Below are positions 54,398-63,534 of a stretch of DNA of 64,000 bases, piece by piece. The notes below the pieces were generated by a model. The model worked only from the letters and a program-made list of their open reading frames with translations. It searched no databases and was not told the origin of the DNA. Origin of the DNA: Candidatus Iainarchaeum sp. (GTDB lineage: Archaea; Iainarchaeota; Iainarchaeia; Iainarchaeales; DTGL01). The stretch spans positions 24,052 to 88,051 of the forward strand of contig JAPLVS010000054.1 in assembly GCA_026396995.1 (NCBI GenBank), read 5' to 3'. How positions within the stretch are numbered: position 1 is the stretch's first letter; each line of letters begins with the position of its first letter. Made by a program: the position numbers and the translations under genes.

Positions 54398-54470
54398 GCG
54401 CTTTCCGCGGCCCCCTCAATTGCGATAACTATAATAATTCCTTTTTCCCTATTTATTCGGGTGTTGTGTC

Positions 54471-55496
54471 ATGGTTGATATCGGGAATGTGATTGGCTTT
54501 TCGTTTTCATGGTATAAAAGCAGGGAATTTTTGAAGTACGCCCTGTTTTATTGGGCCCTATTTTTGGTGCTTGGGGCGGCAGTGCTGGCCTTGTTCCTGG
54601 CATTTTTTGGCAGCTATGTGAGTGCCTTTATGGCTGACCCGGGTGCATTATTGCAATCCATTGCCGCAGACTTGGCGAGCGGGGCCTTTTTGGGCAAAAT
54701 CCTGGCTTTTTTCGCTGTTGCCTTTGTGCTTTTTATCTTGTTTTGGTTTGCGACCATTTACATTAATGCCCTCATGACGCTGTTTGCCCTGAGAACAAAA
54801 GGCTTTTCGCACGCCCAGTTCCATTTTTCAAAGGTTTTCGGCTTAATCGGCCTGAGCATTGTAGTGATGCTGGCGGCGCTGTTTTATTCTTTTGATGAAA
54901 AAATCCGCAAATGGCAGTGGCTCAGCCTTGCAGGCCTGGTTGTTTCGATTGTCCTGCTGGCACTGTCGGGGATTTCCCTTGCATTCCTGGGCTTAGGGCT
55001 GCTCCTGCTTGTGGTTTGCTTTTTAGCCTACATTTATTTTGCGATTGTGAACAGCCTCAGGATGGCTTCAGGCTCTGTGATTTTCTTGCAGGCAGAAAAA
55101 GGCATAATGGCGTCGCTCAAGGAATCCTTTGGCCTCACAAAAGGCCACCTTATTGAAATCTTCGTGTGCAATCTCGCGGTCGGGGTCATTGTGGCGGTAG
55201 TGACTTCCCTGATTGTGGCGGTATTGGGCATCATTATAGGCCTGATTTTGATGCCGTTCATGCCCCAAGTGGCATTGCCTGCTTCACTGCAATCAGCCCT
55301 TGCAACTGAAGGCATTTTAGCAAACAATCTGGCTTTAGTCCTGGGCCAGTATTTGGGCCAGCAAATAGCAAGCTTCCTCATAATGCCGTTCTCATTGCTG
55401 GCAACTGCTTTTGTGGCAGTAGGCATTTACTCCGAGCTCTTAAAGGACAAAAATGCCCAGGCAGCCAGCACTGCAGCGCCTTCTCCGCCGGTGTGA
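54471..55496 (+). CDS. Hypothetical polytopic membrane protein
   Basis: 341 aa with about 8 hydrophobic helices. No motif recognised. Confidence 0.45.
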   Translation: MVDIGNVIGFSFSWYKSREFLKYALFYWALFLVLGAAVLALFLAFFGSYVSAFMADPGALLQSIAADLASGAFLGKILAFFAVAFVLFILFWFATIYINALMTLFALRTKGFSHAQFHFSKVFGLIGLSIVVMLAALFYSFDEKIRKWQWLSLAGLVVSIVLLALSGISLAFLGLGLLLLVVCFLAYIYFAIVNSLRMASGSVIFLQAEKGIMASLKESFGLTKGHLIEIFVCNLAVGVIVAVVTSLIVAVLGIIIGLILMPFMPQVALPASLQSALATEGILANNLALVLGQYLGQQIASFLIMPFSLLATAFVAVGIYSELLKDKNAQAASTAAPSPPV

Positions 55497-55513
55497 ATTC
55501 CTGAAAAGCAGAG

Positions 55514-55585
55514 TGCGGCCGCCGGGGGTCGAACCCGGGTCACAACCTTGGCAAGGTTGAATCCTGACCACTAGACTACGGCCGC
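55514..55585 (-). tRNA. tRNA-Gly (anticodon GCC)
   Basis: Manual fold gives acceptor GCGGCCG/CGGCCGC, anticodon arm CAACC-TTGCCAA-GGTTG, and T-arm CCGGG-TTCGACC-CCCGG. Confidence 0.9.
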
Positions 55586-55627
55586 TTGCGATTAAGAATT
55601 CTGCACGGTTACCTTTAAATTGGTTAG

Positions 55628-55700
55628 TGGGCCTGGGCGGAATCGGACCGCCGGTTTCCACCTTGTAAAGGTGGCGTCATAACCACTAGACCACAAGCCC
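55628..55700 (-). tRNA. tRNA-Val (anticodon TAC)
   Basis: Manual fold gives acceptor GGGCUUG/CAGGCCC with a G-U pair, anticodon arm CCACC-TTTACAA-GGTGG, and T-arm GGCGG-TCCGATT-CCGCC. Confidence 0.9.
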
Positions 55701-55920
55701 GCTCAATAACTTTTCCAAAAAAATGTTTAAAAGGGCACTTATCGTTCGAAATGCCTCCTTTGCCTTGAACCGCATAATAGACTGCCAGGCTTGTTTTCCT
55801 TTTGCAGTGAAGGTTCGCCTTCGCTTTCCCTTTTTTTTTCTTCCTGAATGCCACAGAAACCTTTAAATACTGCGTTTGCATATTACTAGTGTTAACTGTT
55901 CGACGGTGATTTGGTTGAAA

Positions 55921-56364
55921 ATGGATGTGTTGTTCGTGATTGGCGGAAAGAATTTCCAGTTGCCAAGGCTTATCGGCGCGTTCCTTGTTTTCGGCGCGGT
56001 ATTGATGCTGTTTCAGGGAGTGGCGCATATGTTCGATGTATGGGATTCGCTGAAATCCTACCCGAACTGCGTTTCGACTTCAATCGATGTTTCAGGCTCG
56101 AACCTTGAGCAGGCGCAGTCCATGTACAAGGACTGCAGGGAAATACTTTACAGGAAAACAGGCATTCAATTGCTTTCAGGGCAAATCGACATCAATGCAA
56201 GGCAGTACTGGATTGCTTTGATTTCACCGGTGGCTGGAATATTCCTCTGGGCGATTGTCTTCTTTTTCGGAATAATGTTCTACAATACCGGCAAGATAAT
56301 CATCCCGATTGAACGCGCCGTTACTGTGCCTGCAATCCAGAAAAAGAAGAAAGGGGCAAAATAA
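55921..56364 (+). CDS. Hypothetical small membrane protein
   Basis: Two to three TM helices. Start chosen at MDVLFVIGG. Confidence 0.35.
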   Translation: MDVLFVIGGKNFQLPRLIGAFLVFGAVLMLFQGVAHMFDVWDSLKSYPNCVSTSIDVSGSNLEQAQSMYKDCREILYRKTGIQLLSGQIDINARQYWIALISPVAGIFLWAIVFFFGIMFYNTGKIIIPIERAVTVPAIQKKKKGAK

Positions 56365-56447
56365 GCCCCCCTTATTTTATTTTTTTAAACTGTTTTTTTA
56401 TTGCTGTTTTTGTTTCAGCAGCATTTCCTTTTTTTGTCAGCTGTTTT

Positions 56448-57863
56448 TCACTGTATTATTATTGTTTTTGTTTTCGCTGACCCTTCTATTTTTCCTTCTT
56501 TTGCTGCCACAAGGGTTGAAATATTGTTTTCTTCGGCTGCATCCAAGAGCCTTTTTGTGATGATGCCGTCAAGCACGACTGTTTTTGCTTCCTTGTGCTT
56601 TTTCATGGTTTTCAGCAAATCCCTGACGCTCACTTCCTCCAATTCCTTCATTTGGTCGTCGAAGATTTTCGCCTTCAGGGTTCCTTTCAGCGAATCCATT
56701 GCAGGCTTGAACTGCTCGATTTCCTGTGCGCTCGGCCCGAGTTTCACAGGCTTTGCAACGAATTTCGGCTGCACTTCCGCAAACGGCTCTACTGCCTCCA
56801 GCGGCGCTTCGGCTAACTTTGGCTGCACTGCAAACGGCCTTGGCGCAAACCTTGGGGCGTGCTGGAACGGCCTTGCCCCGAACCTTTGCTCGCGCTGCAA
56901 TGGTTCTGCCCTGCGCTCGCCGAACGGCTGTGGCGCAAAAGGCCTGGCCTGCCCTTCTTCTGCAGGCTGGATTGCCTGGACCGGTTGCGGAGTGAAAGGC
57001 CTCGGGAAGTGTGGGCTTCTGTCAAAGCTGCCCTCCCTTCTTTCCATTTCCTCTGACAGCGGCACTTTGTGCCTTAATGCCATTATGATTTCTTTTCTTG
57101 CAAGCTCCTCGACTTCTTTTCCGTCAGGCGCCTTTGCGACAAAGTCGACATCTGTGAGCGATGCAAGTTTCCTCAGGTTGAGTTCGCCGCCCCTGTCGCC
57201 GTCAATGAACATTGTGAGGGATTTCTTTTTGCCCAATTCGACGATTGTCGGGCTGATTTTCGAGCCGTCCATGCCGATAACGTTTTTGATGCTGTTTTTC
57301 AGCAGGTTCAATACGTCGGCCCTTCCCTCAACAACAATGATGGAATCCGAGCCTTCTATTGCAGGCCCTGCCGGCAGCTTGTCCGGGCCGTAAGGGCAGA
57401 TTTCGCTTACCCTCACGCGCTCCCTTACCATCTGGGCGATTTCCTCGCTTTCAGGCAATTGTTCCCTCATGAGCCTTTCAAGCAGGGATTGCGCCCTGTT
57501 GACTATTTCCTCCCTTTTCTGCGTCCTTGTGTCTGTTATTTCCTTTATCACAAGGGATGCCTTGCACGGCCCGACCTTGTCGACTGTTTCGATTGCAGCT
57601 GCAAGAATGCTTGTTTCAACCATGTCCATCGAGCTCGGCACCACGATTTTTCCAGTCGTTGTGCCGTTGATTGCAGTGTGGGATATGAGGATGCGGCCTA
57701 TTTTGCCGTTTTTCTGCAGTTCCCTCAAGTCGAGCTCTTCGCCGAGAAGCCCTTCGCTCTGGCCGAAGATTGCCCCTATTATGTCGTGCTTGTCCACGAT
57801 CCCGTCTATTTTGAATGTCGCAGTTATTTCGTATTTTACCGCGTTAATGTATGTTTTTGCCAT
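56448..57863 (-). CDS. dnaG: Archaeal DNA primase DnaG (Toprim), with a Pro/Gln/Phe-rich repetitive insertion
   Basis: N-terminus KYEITATFKIDGIVDKHDIIGAIFGQSEGLLGEELDLRELQKNGKIGRI is the archaeal DnaG signature. Toprim motifs IVVEGRADVLNL and FIDGDRGGE. The insertion is RPFTPQPV...RPFAPQPF...RPFQHAPRFAPRPFAVQP. Confidence 0.85.
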   Translation of the reverse strand: MAKTYINAVKYEITATFKIDGIVDKHDIIGAIFGQSEGLLGEELDLRELQKNGKIGRILISHTAINGTTTGKIVVPSSMDMVETSILAAAIETVDKVGPCKASLVIKEITDTRTQKREEIVNRAQSLLERLMREQLPESEEIAQMVRERVRVSEICPYGPDKLPAGPAIEGSDSIIVVEGRADVLNLLKNSIKNVIGMDGSKISPTIVELGKKKSLTMFIDGDRGGELNLRKLASLTDVDFVAKAPDGKEVEELARKEIIMALRHKVPLSEEMERREGSFDRSPHFPRPFTPQPVQAIQPAEEGQARPFAPQPFGERRAEPLQREQRFGARPFQHAPRFAPRPFAVQPKLAEAPLEAVEPFAEVQPKFVAKPVKLGPSAQEIEQFKPAMDSLKGTLKAKIFDDQMKELEEVSVRDLLKTMKKHKEAKTVVLDGIITKRLLDAAEENNISTLVAAKEGKIEGSAKTKTIIIQ

Positions 57864-57897
57864 TTAATCACTCCTTTTGTTTTTGGCATTTCAAGAA

Positions 57898-58188
57898 TCA
57901 GGCTAATCTTTCAAGAACCCGGAGCAATTCATTCCTGGAGGCCAGCACTTCGACTGTTTTAGTCCTTGAGTGCAGGCCTGAAACGATTTGTGTTTTTTTT
58001 CCGAAAACTTTTCCGAGTTCTTTTTCTATTTCCGCGTTCGCTTTTCCCTTGTCAGGGGGCTCGCTCACGGAAACCAACAAAGAGTCGGTCCATGAATCAA
58101 AGCCTTTTATTCCAAACCTTTTGGAGTTTGGGGAAACGTGGATTTTAAACATTACTCCGTTCCTGGTTTCCCTTAAAGTGATCATCAA
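57898..58188 (-). CDS. DUF167/YggU-family protein
   Basis: MFKIHVSPNSKR...DKGKANAEIEKELGKVFG...IVSGLHSRTKTVEV matches the YggU signature. Confidence 0.7.
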   Translation of the reverse strand: MMITLRETRNGVMFKIHVSPNSKRFGIKGFDSWTDSLLVSVSEPPDKGKANAEIEKELGKVFGKKTQIVSGLHSRTKTVEVLASRNELLRVLERLA

Positions 58189-58292
58189 CCTAACGATTGC
58201 CCAATTCTTTGCTTATATAAATAATTCTTTTTCCCTAAGGGTTTTTAATTGGGTGTTTTGTCAAATAAGATACAAATCTAGGCGGATTTATT

Positions 58293-58934
58293 GTGAATAA
58301 AAAAGCCCTTTTGGTTATTTTGTGCGTCATTTTGGCCTTTTTTGCCCTCCTCGCCCTGCTATTGCCGGGGTTTATTCAGCCACAGGGCTTTTCCTACCTG
58401 ACAGGGTGGCTGTTTGAAATTGGCAGCGGGGGCCAAAAACAGTATTATTTTGTAGTTACGGACTCTGACATATATGGCGCAGGCAGCGTTATTGCACAGC
58501 CTGAAATAGAAGAAAAGATCGGGCAAAGCATTCTCCCGATTTATGCGGAGACAGGGCTTTCCCAGGCGCAGATTGCTGGCCTGAAAGCAAAGGCAAAGGC
58601 CGACATCCTTGCCGCCTATGGAAGCAATAAAGACGAAATTCAAGAGGTCTTTGACCCAATACTTGAGTTTCGCAAAAAACTCGGCGGCGGAACAGACCCT
58701 TGGTATTATGTTGTTCAGTTGATTGGGGCAAAAAATTGTTATGTGGTTGGATTTGACCCAACAGACGGCAACGTTGGGGTAGACAGCATATATGAAAATG
58801 CCGAATGTAGGGGGGCCTTCATTGCCTTGGCAAACAATGAAGCCGAAAAAATTGTGGCAAACTACCTCGCAAGCAAAGGCGTCAGCGGCACAATTGGCAA
58901 AAAATATTTTGTGAGCTACCACTTCACGCCTTAG
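58293..58934 (+). CDS. Hypothetical secreted/membrane-anchored protein
   Basis: N-terminal signal-anchor (LLVILCVILAFFALLALLLP). No motif recognised. Confidence 0.4.
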   Translation: MNKKALLVILCVILAFFALLALLLPGFIQPQGFSYLTGWLFEIGSGGQKQYYFVVTDSDIYGAGSVIAQPEIEEKIGQSILPIYAETGLSQAQIAGLKAKAKADILAAYGSNKDEIQEVFDPILEFRKKLGGGTDPWYYVVQLIGAKNCYVVGFDPTDGNVGVDSIYENAECRGAFIALANNEAEKIVANYLASKGVSGTIGKKYFVSYHFTP

Positions 58935-59008
58935 AAAGGCATGTAATAGTAGAAGATAAAAATAGTTTTTACTGGCATTATCTCAGTTTATTCCAAAGGT
59001 TTTCAATT

Positions 59009-59425
59009 ATGGCTCATTACCGGAAAGGAGCGGATGCAGAGCGCGAACTCATCCATATGCTGTTCTGCAAGGGTTTCAGCGTTGTGCGAGTTGCAGGCTC
59101 AGGAGTAACCTCTTTGCCGTGCCCTGACTGCATTGCCCTCTCGAAAAAGAAGAAAATGGCGTTCGAGTGCAAGGCCTGGAGCGGCAACTATTTGAATCTG
59201 CCAAGGCAGCAGATGGAAGAGCAGGTTTCATGGGCTGATACTGCGGGAATCGAAATGTATGTGGCATGGAAGATTCCAAGGCAGAGCTGGCGCTTCATTG
59301 AACCAAAGCATTTCAGGAAAAACCCCAAAAACTACGCTATTTCCCTGAAAGAAGCGCTATCCAAAGGGGTTCTCTTTTCAGTCCTCATCGGGGAACAGGA
59401 ACAATTGAAGCAGAAAAAAGCCTGA
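59009..59425 (+). CDS. hjc: Holliday junction resolvase Hjc
   Basis: YRKGADAERELIHMLFCKGFSVVRVAGSG...DCIALSKKKKMAFECKA fits the Hjc nuclease motif pattern (E...D...E.K). Confidence 0.7.
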   Translation: MAHYRKGADAERELIHMLFCKGFSVVRVAGSGVTSLPCPDCIALSKKKKMAFECKAWSGNYLNLPRQQMEEQVSWADTAGIEMYVAWKIPRQSWRFIEPKHFRKNPKNYAISLKEALSKGVLFSVLIGEQEQLKQKKA

Positions 59426-59443
59426 TTTTTTGCGGTGGTGCGT

Positions 59444-60073
59444 TCAGATTATCGTCGACCCGAACAGCATTGTTATCCCTGTGAGCGCCATCACCATTAT
59501 CAGTATCAGTGAGTCAAGGGTGATGGATGCCGAGGTGAATTCCACATAGACCATGTATAATGCGAATACGTTGAATATCACGCCTCCGGCCATGAGCATG
59601 AAGGAAATCCATTCGTTTTTCGTTCCCAGTCTCCGCATCTGCATTTCCTTTACTTCGCCCCTCACGCCTTCCACTTTTTCGTCTATTTTCTCTATTTTGC
59701 CTTCAAAGCCGGAGCTGACCTCGTTCACAAGCTTAAGGTCCTCGTTGATTTGCCTTCTGAACAGTTCGAGCTCTTCGTCAAGTTCATCTTTAACTGTTTT
59801 TTTCAGTTCCCTTGCGGTGGTTTCAAGGCGGTTTTCCACGATTTTCTGCAGGGCAGGCATTTCGTTTTCTATCTGTGTTTTGGCAATCCTGCCAATGTCT
59901 TCCTGCAATATCGAGAGCGTGTCTGCCTGCCCGACCATGACAAGCCTTTTCGCCTGGTCTGGCTTTACGCCCATCTGGACAAGCGTGTCGATTATTTTTT
60001 CCTCAGGCTCGCCGCTTTCCATCATTTTGCGGATGGCGCTTACAATGCTTGCTTCTTTTTTTGTCGCCATCAA
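59444..60073 (-). CDS. Hypothetical coiled-coil protein with C-terminal TM anchor
   Basis: 209 aa with two C-terminal hydrophobic helices. Confidence 0.4.
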   Translation of the reverse strand: MMATKKEASIVSAIRKMMESGEPEEKIIDTLVQMGVKPDQAKRLVMVGQADTLSILQEDIGRIAKTQIENEMPALQKIVENRLETTARELKKTVKDELDEELELFRRQINEDLKLVNEVSSGFEGKIEKIDEKVEGVRGEVKEMQMRRLGTKNEWISFMLMAGGVIFNVFALYMVYVEFTSASITLDSLILIMVMALTGITMLFGSTII

Positions 60074-60699
60074 TTCACCTTTATCTCTTCAATTATTGTT
60101 TTGGAATAGTTTTCCGCTTCCAATGCAAAACTTACGCTTGCAGTGCCGGTTTCCTGCGGGGTCAGCTGGAATTCAGCAGCCCTGCATTTGCCCTTCCCGA
60201 CAACCATTAACCTTGTTTGGCTTTTCTCCTTAAAAAATCTTTGCTCGTGCGATTCTGTTATGGAAATGCTTATGTCGGCGTTTTCAGAGCACAACTCAAG
60301 TTTGATTGTGAATTCTTTGCCTTTGGCGACAGGCGTTGCATAGGTTATTTTGTGCGATAATTCAAGGCTTTCGGTTCCGAGCGGCAAAAGCGTTTTTTCG
60401 ACTGTCGCATGGAACGGCGCGAAAGCGATTATTTTCGCAGGCCTTTTCGTGTCAGGCACGTACAGTTCTTTTGAGGAGCCTGGGCCGAGCTGGGCAATGC
60501 AGTCTATGGGCGTATTGTCAGACAATTCCACTTTTATGTCTTTGACCACGTGCACTGAATTGTTTTTCACGAAAACCTTTCCCTGCTCTTCCCTTAACTC
60601 AAGGCCCGGGGTAAACAAAAGCAATGCCACAAGCATTCCCACAAACGTCAGGTAAATGAGGAAAAATCCCACTATTGCGCGCTGCCTGCGTTTGAGCAT
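60070..60699 (-). CDS. Hypothetical N-terminally anchored beta-rich protein
   Basis: N-terminal TM (IVGFFLIYLTFVGMLVALLLF). Overlaps the downstream gene by 4 nt. Confidence 0.4.
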   Translation of the reverse strand: MLKRRQRAIVGFFLIYLTFVGMLVALLLFTPGLELREEQGKVFVKNNSVHVVKDIKVELSDNTPIDCIAQLGPGSSKELYVPDTKRPAKIIAFAPFHATVEKTLLPLGTESLELSHKITYATPVAKGKEFTIKLELCSENADISISITESHEQRFFKEKSQTRLMVVGKGKCRAAEFQLTPQETGTASVSFALEAENYSKTIIEEIKVN

Positions 60700-60742
60700 A
60701 ACCTAATAATAGCGCTTCCCTGTTAATAATTTTTTTGGAAGG

Positions 60743-61093
60743 CTATGGCGGGCGTTGAGGTCGCTTCGGCGCTCTTTTCGGCTGCGGCTTTTTCTGTTTT
60801 TTTGCGTATTGTTTTTGCCGCATGCGCGGTATGCCGCCTGCCTGGAACCTTTTCAGTGTTTGCGCAAGGCTTTCGCCTGTCAGCCTTAACAGCCGTTCGT
60901 TCTGCTCGGCAAGCTCTCTTTTTAGCGCCTCGATTTTCTCTTTTTTCAATCCGCGCCATTCGCTTTCCCTTAACTTGATTTCAGCGTCAATTCCGGCAAT
61001 CACAATCTGGGCTTCCAGCGATTCCCTGCGGGATATGTGCGAGTCCCCAAGTTTTTGCGCATAAAAATTCCTTAATTCTCTAAGCGGCTCCAT
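60743..61093 (-). CDS. Hypothetical basic coiled-coil protein
   Basis: Start chosen at MEPLRELRNF so that it does not overlap pth2. K/R/P-rich C-terminus. Confidence 0.35.
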   Translation of the reverse strand: MEPLRELRNFYAQKLGDSHISRRESLEAQIVIAGIDAEIKLRESEWRGLKKEKIEALKRELAEQNERLLRLTGESLAQTLKRFQAGGIPRMRQKQYAKKQKKPQPKRAPKRPQRPP

Positions 61094-61097
61094 TTTT

Positions 61098-61445
61098 TCA
61101 CAGCAGCTTGAGTTTTCCTGTGAATTTGTTGATTTTGCTTTCTTCGGCTGGGCCGATGCCGATGCATGTGGCTGTGCCAGGCTCCACTTGTGTCCTGCCA
61201 GCATCCTTGATGAGCGCGCACGGCACTTCCTTTTTTGCCTGCATGAACAAGTCCAATAATTCTTTTTCCGAATTTACCTTGAGCACGATTTTTGGCATTC
61301 CGCTGTTTTTCCATTCCTCGACAAGGCCTTCGTCCTGCACTTTGTCGAGCGCTGCGAGAGAGGCGTGCGCTGCCTGCGCCGCAATCTTGCCTGGCTTCAT
61401 TTTGAGGTCTTTCCTCACAATTATCGCCTGTTTCAGTGAATTCAT
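61098..61445 (-). CDS. pth2: Peptidyl-tRNA hydrolase, archaeal type (Pth2)
   Basis: KQAIIVRKDLKMKPGKIAAQAAHASLAA...TQVEPGTATCIGIGP is the PTH2 signature. 115 aa. Confidence 0.85.
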   Translation of the reverse strand: MNSLKQAIIVRKDLKMKPGKIAAQAAHASLAALDKVQDEGLVEEWKNSGMPKIVLKVNSEKELLDLFMQAKKEVPCALIKDAGRTQVEPGTATCIGIGPAEESKINKFTGKLKLL

Positions 61446-61509
61446 GCAATTTCCCGTCCAAAACCCCTTCAGGTAATATTTTTATAGGACAAGCCCCTAT
61501 TTTATTCTT

Positions 61510-61598
61510 ATATCAAAGGACCAAAGTAATGTATAAATTGGTCCTTTGATAGCTATCAAAAGACAGTTAGAAAACCAGTAATGCTGTCTTTTGATATT
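61510..61598 (-). repeat. Double-hairpin intergenic repeat element, copy D (inverted orientation)
   Basis: Its reverse complement reads ATATCAAAAGACA-N19-CTGTCTTTTGATAGCTATCAAAGGACCAA-N13-TTGGTCCTTTGATA. It sits in the divergent promoter region between pth2 and 61683-63476. Confidence 0.75.
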
Positions 61599-61682
61599 AA
61601 TCGATTAATCGCCGAGGCTGGTTGGGAAGGGAGCGGAAAAGGCTGGAATTGCGGTTGGGTTTTGGTTCGGGCGGTTTTGGGA

Positions 61683-63476
61683 ATGGCTAAATTTTGGGTT
61701 TTGGTTTTGCTTTTCGTGCTTTTCTTGCCTCTTGTTTTAGCCCAGGTTTTGGATTCCGATAATGACAATGTTTCTGACACTCAGGAAGCGCTCGATGGAA
61801 CCGACCCCAATAATGCAGCTGACAATCTGCTTGAGATAAGGGTTGACGGCGCGCTTGTGGTCGGCAACACGATTGCTGTTTCCTTGATGCATCCATTGCT
61901 CGGCAATGTAAAGGATGTGGAGTTTGTTTTTTCTTTCGGGGAAAGCAGCATTCCAATGAATTCCGGGCCGAGCGGGATTGTTTCCTTCAAAATCACAAGC
62001 GCAGGCCGGCATCTTGTCGAGGCGCAGAAGGGGGCTTTCAGCCGCTCTTATGAATTTTACCCTGAATGTTCGGTGCAAACCCCTGTAATCACAAGCCTTT
62101 CTTCTGCAATCGGCCTGCTTGCGCTTTTCATAATGCTCGTGGTTGCGGTCCTTTCTTTTGCAGGCTTCAGGAGACTGCTGCTTGCGACCGAATCCGATTA
62201 CCCGCTGAAAAAGCATGCCACAATCATTCCGGCTTATGTCGGCGTTTCGGCTTTCCTTGTGGCTTTTTCGCTGTACAATTCTTTCGGCCAGCTTTTTGGA
62301 ATGGCAGTATTGTTTTGTTTCCTTTGCCTCCTGCTTTTTTCGATATGGCTTTTGAGGGAAACCGGCATAATGAAGCCTGTGCGCGAAAAAAGCCTGAAAA
62401 AGGCAAAGCGTGCAATGAAAAGCCTTGCATTTCCTGCGCTTCTGGCATCTGTCTTTTTTGAAAGGATTGGGCGGAAAAAGGAAAAGCCAGCTGCCGCCGA
62501 GGGCGGCTTTGCAGAAATCATGGAGTTAAAGGAAGGCATTTCAGAAAGCCTTGGGCGGTTCGAGGATGCCAAGAAGAAGACAGCCGAAGCGAAAGAGCCG
62601 ATGGCAAGGCAGGAGGCAATGGACGAGCTGACGAATGAAATTTCCTCGCTCAACCATTACCTTAAAAGGCTGCTCGGGTTTAAGGAGAAAAAGCCTGAGC
62701 CTGTGAAAACAGAGCGCCAGAAAACACTTGCCGACCTGAGGGAAGAGAAAAGGACGCAGATAATGGTCGAAGATCTTCTTGACCAGATGGCAAAAGAACT
62801 GGATTTGAAGGAGTTGCCGGATTTTGCGCCTGTTGCCGCCGGGGAAAAGAAAAAGGCCGCGAAAGGGATTACTGGACTGCTTGCTGCAATTTTTATCGGC
62901 GGAAAAAAAGAGCCTTCCGCAGAAAATGCGAACATCGAGCTTTCCCTGTCCGATGAATTCGGCAATCCTTTGCCTGCTTCGGGGGCTGAATTTTTTATCG
63001 GCGGCAAAAAAACAGAGCCTTTGCTTGCAAGGGAAAACACTGCTTTTTTCCGCCTGAAAGAGGGCGAGCACCAGCTGTTTGTGAGGGTGCTGGGCTTTGT
63101 TGACAACTTTTTGGAGATTGAAGCCTTGAAGGAAAAGCGCTCGTTCAAGGCAGGCCTTCTGGCCGACTTTAAGCTTTCAGTGACAGATGAGAAAGGGGAA
63201 AGCCTGAGGGAAGCGTTCGTCAACATTGTCGACGAAAACGGGAAAAGGGTTGAGGACGTGCTCCAGAACATTATCTGGAGGACGCCGACTCCGAACAATG
63301 CGCCTGACGGCGTTGCTGCCATTCCTTTGAACCCGAAAAAGCTCACTTTTGAGTCGCTTAGGGTGAAAATAGTAAGGGCAAATTATTCCCTCAAGGAAAT
63401 AATAATCCCGGCAAGCAGGATTTCCACCCAGAAAGCGCTGGAAAAAACAGTTTCTCTTGAAAAACTCCAAAAATAG
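61683..63476 (+). CDS. Hypothetical membrane protein with signal peptide, Asp-rich calcium-binding-like motif and several TM helices
   Basis: Signal peptide MAKFWVLVLLFVLFLPLVLAQ. DSDNDNVSDTQEALDGTDPNNAADN resembles thrombospondin type-3 / OmpA-like Ca-binding repeats. Then 4-5 TM helices and a large soluble C-terminal region. Confidence 0.45.
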   Translation: MAKFWVLVLLFVLFLPLVLAQVLDSDNDNVSDTQEALDGTDPNNAADNLLEIRVDGALVVGNTIAVSLMHPLLGNVKDVEFVFSFGESSIPMNSGPSGIVSFKITSAGRHLVEAQKGAFSRSYEFYPECSVQTPVITSLSSAIGLLALFIMLVVAVLSFAGFRRLLLATESDYPLKKHATIIPAYVGVSAFLVAFSLYNSFGQLFGMAVLFCFLCLLLFSIWLLRETGIMKPVREKSLKKAKRAMKSLAFPALLASVFFERIGRKKEKPAAAEGGFAEIMELKEGISESLGRFEDAKKKTAEAKEPMARQEAMDELTNEISSLNHYLKRLLGFKEKKPEPVKTERQKTLADLREEKRTQIMVEDLLDQMAKELDLKELPDFAPVAAGEKKKAAKGITGLLAAIFIGGKKEPSAENANIELSLSDEFGNPLPASGAEFFIGGKKTEPLLARENTAFFRLKEGEHQLFVRVLGFVDNFLEIEALKEKRSFKAGLLADFKLSVTDEKGESLREAFVNIVDENGKRVEDVLQNIIWRTPTPNNAPDGVAAIPLNPKKLTFESLRVKIVRANYSLKEIIIPASRISTQKALEKTVSLEKLQK

Positions 63477-63534
63477 GGTGAAGGGAAATGTTTTATATTC
63501 GGAACGCGTTATTTTATGGGGTTTGGTGAATTGA

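Noticed and set aside
55624-56028. 134-aa ORF on the minus strand
   Set aside because: It overlaps tRNA-Val and has no coding features.
56401-57393. 330-aa ORF on the plus strand
   Set aside because: It is antisense to dnaG. Its length is inflated by the P/Q/F repeat region.
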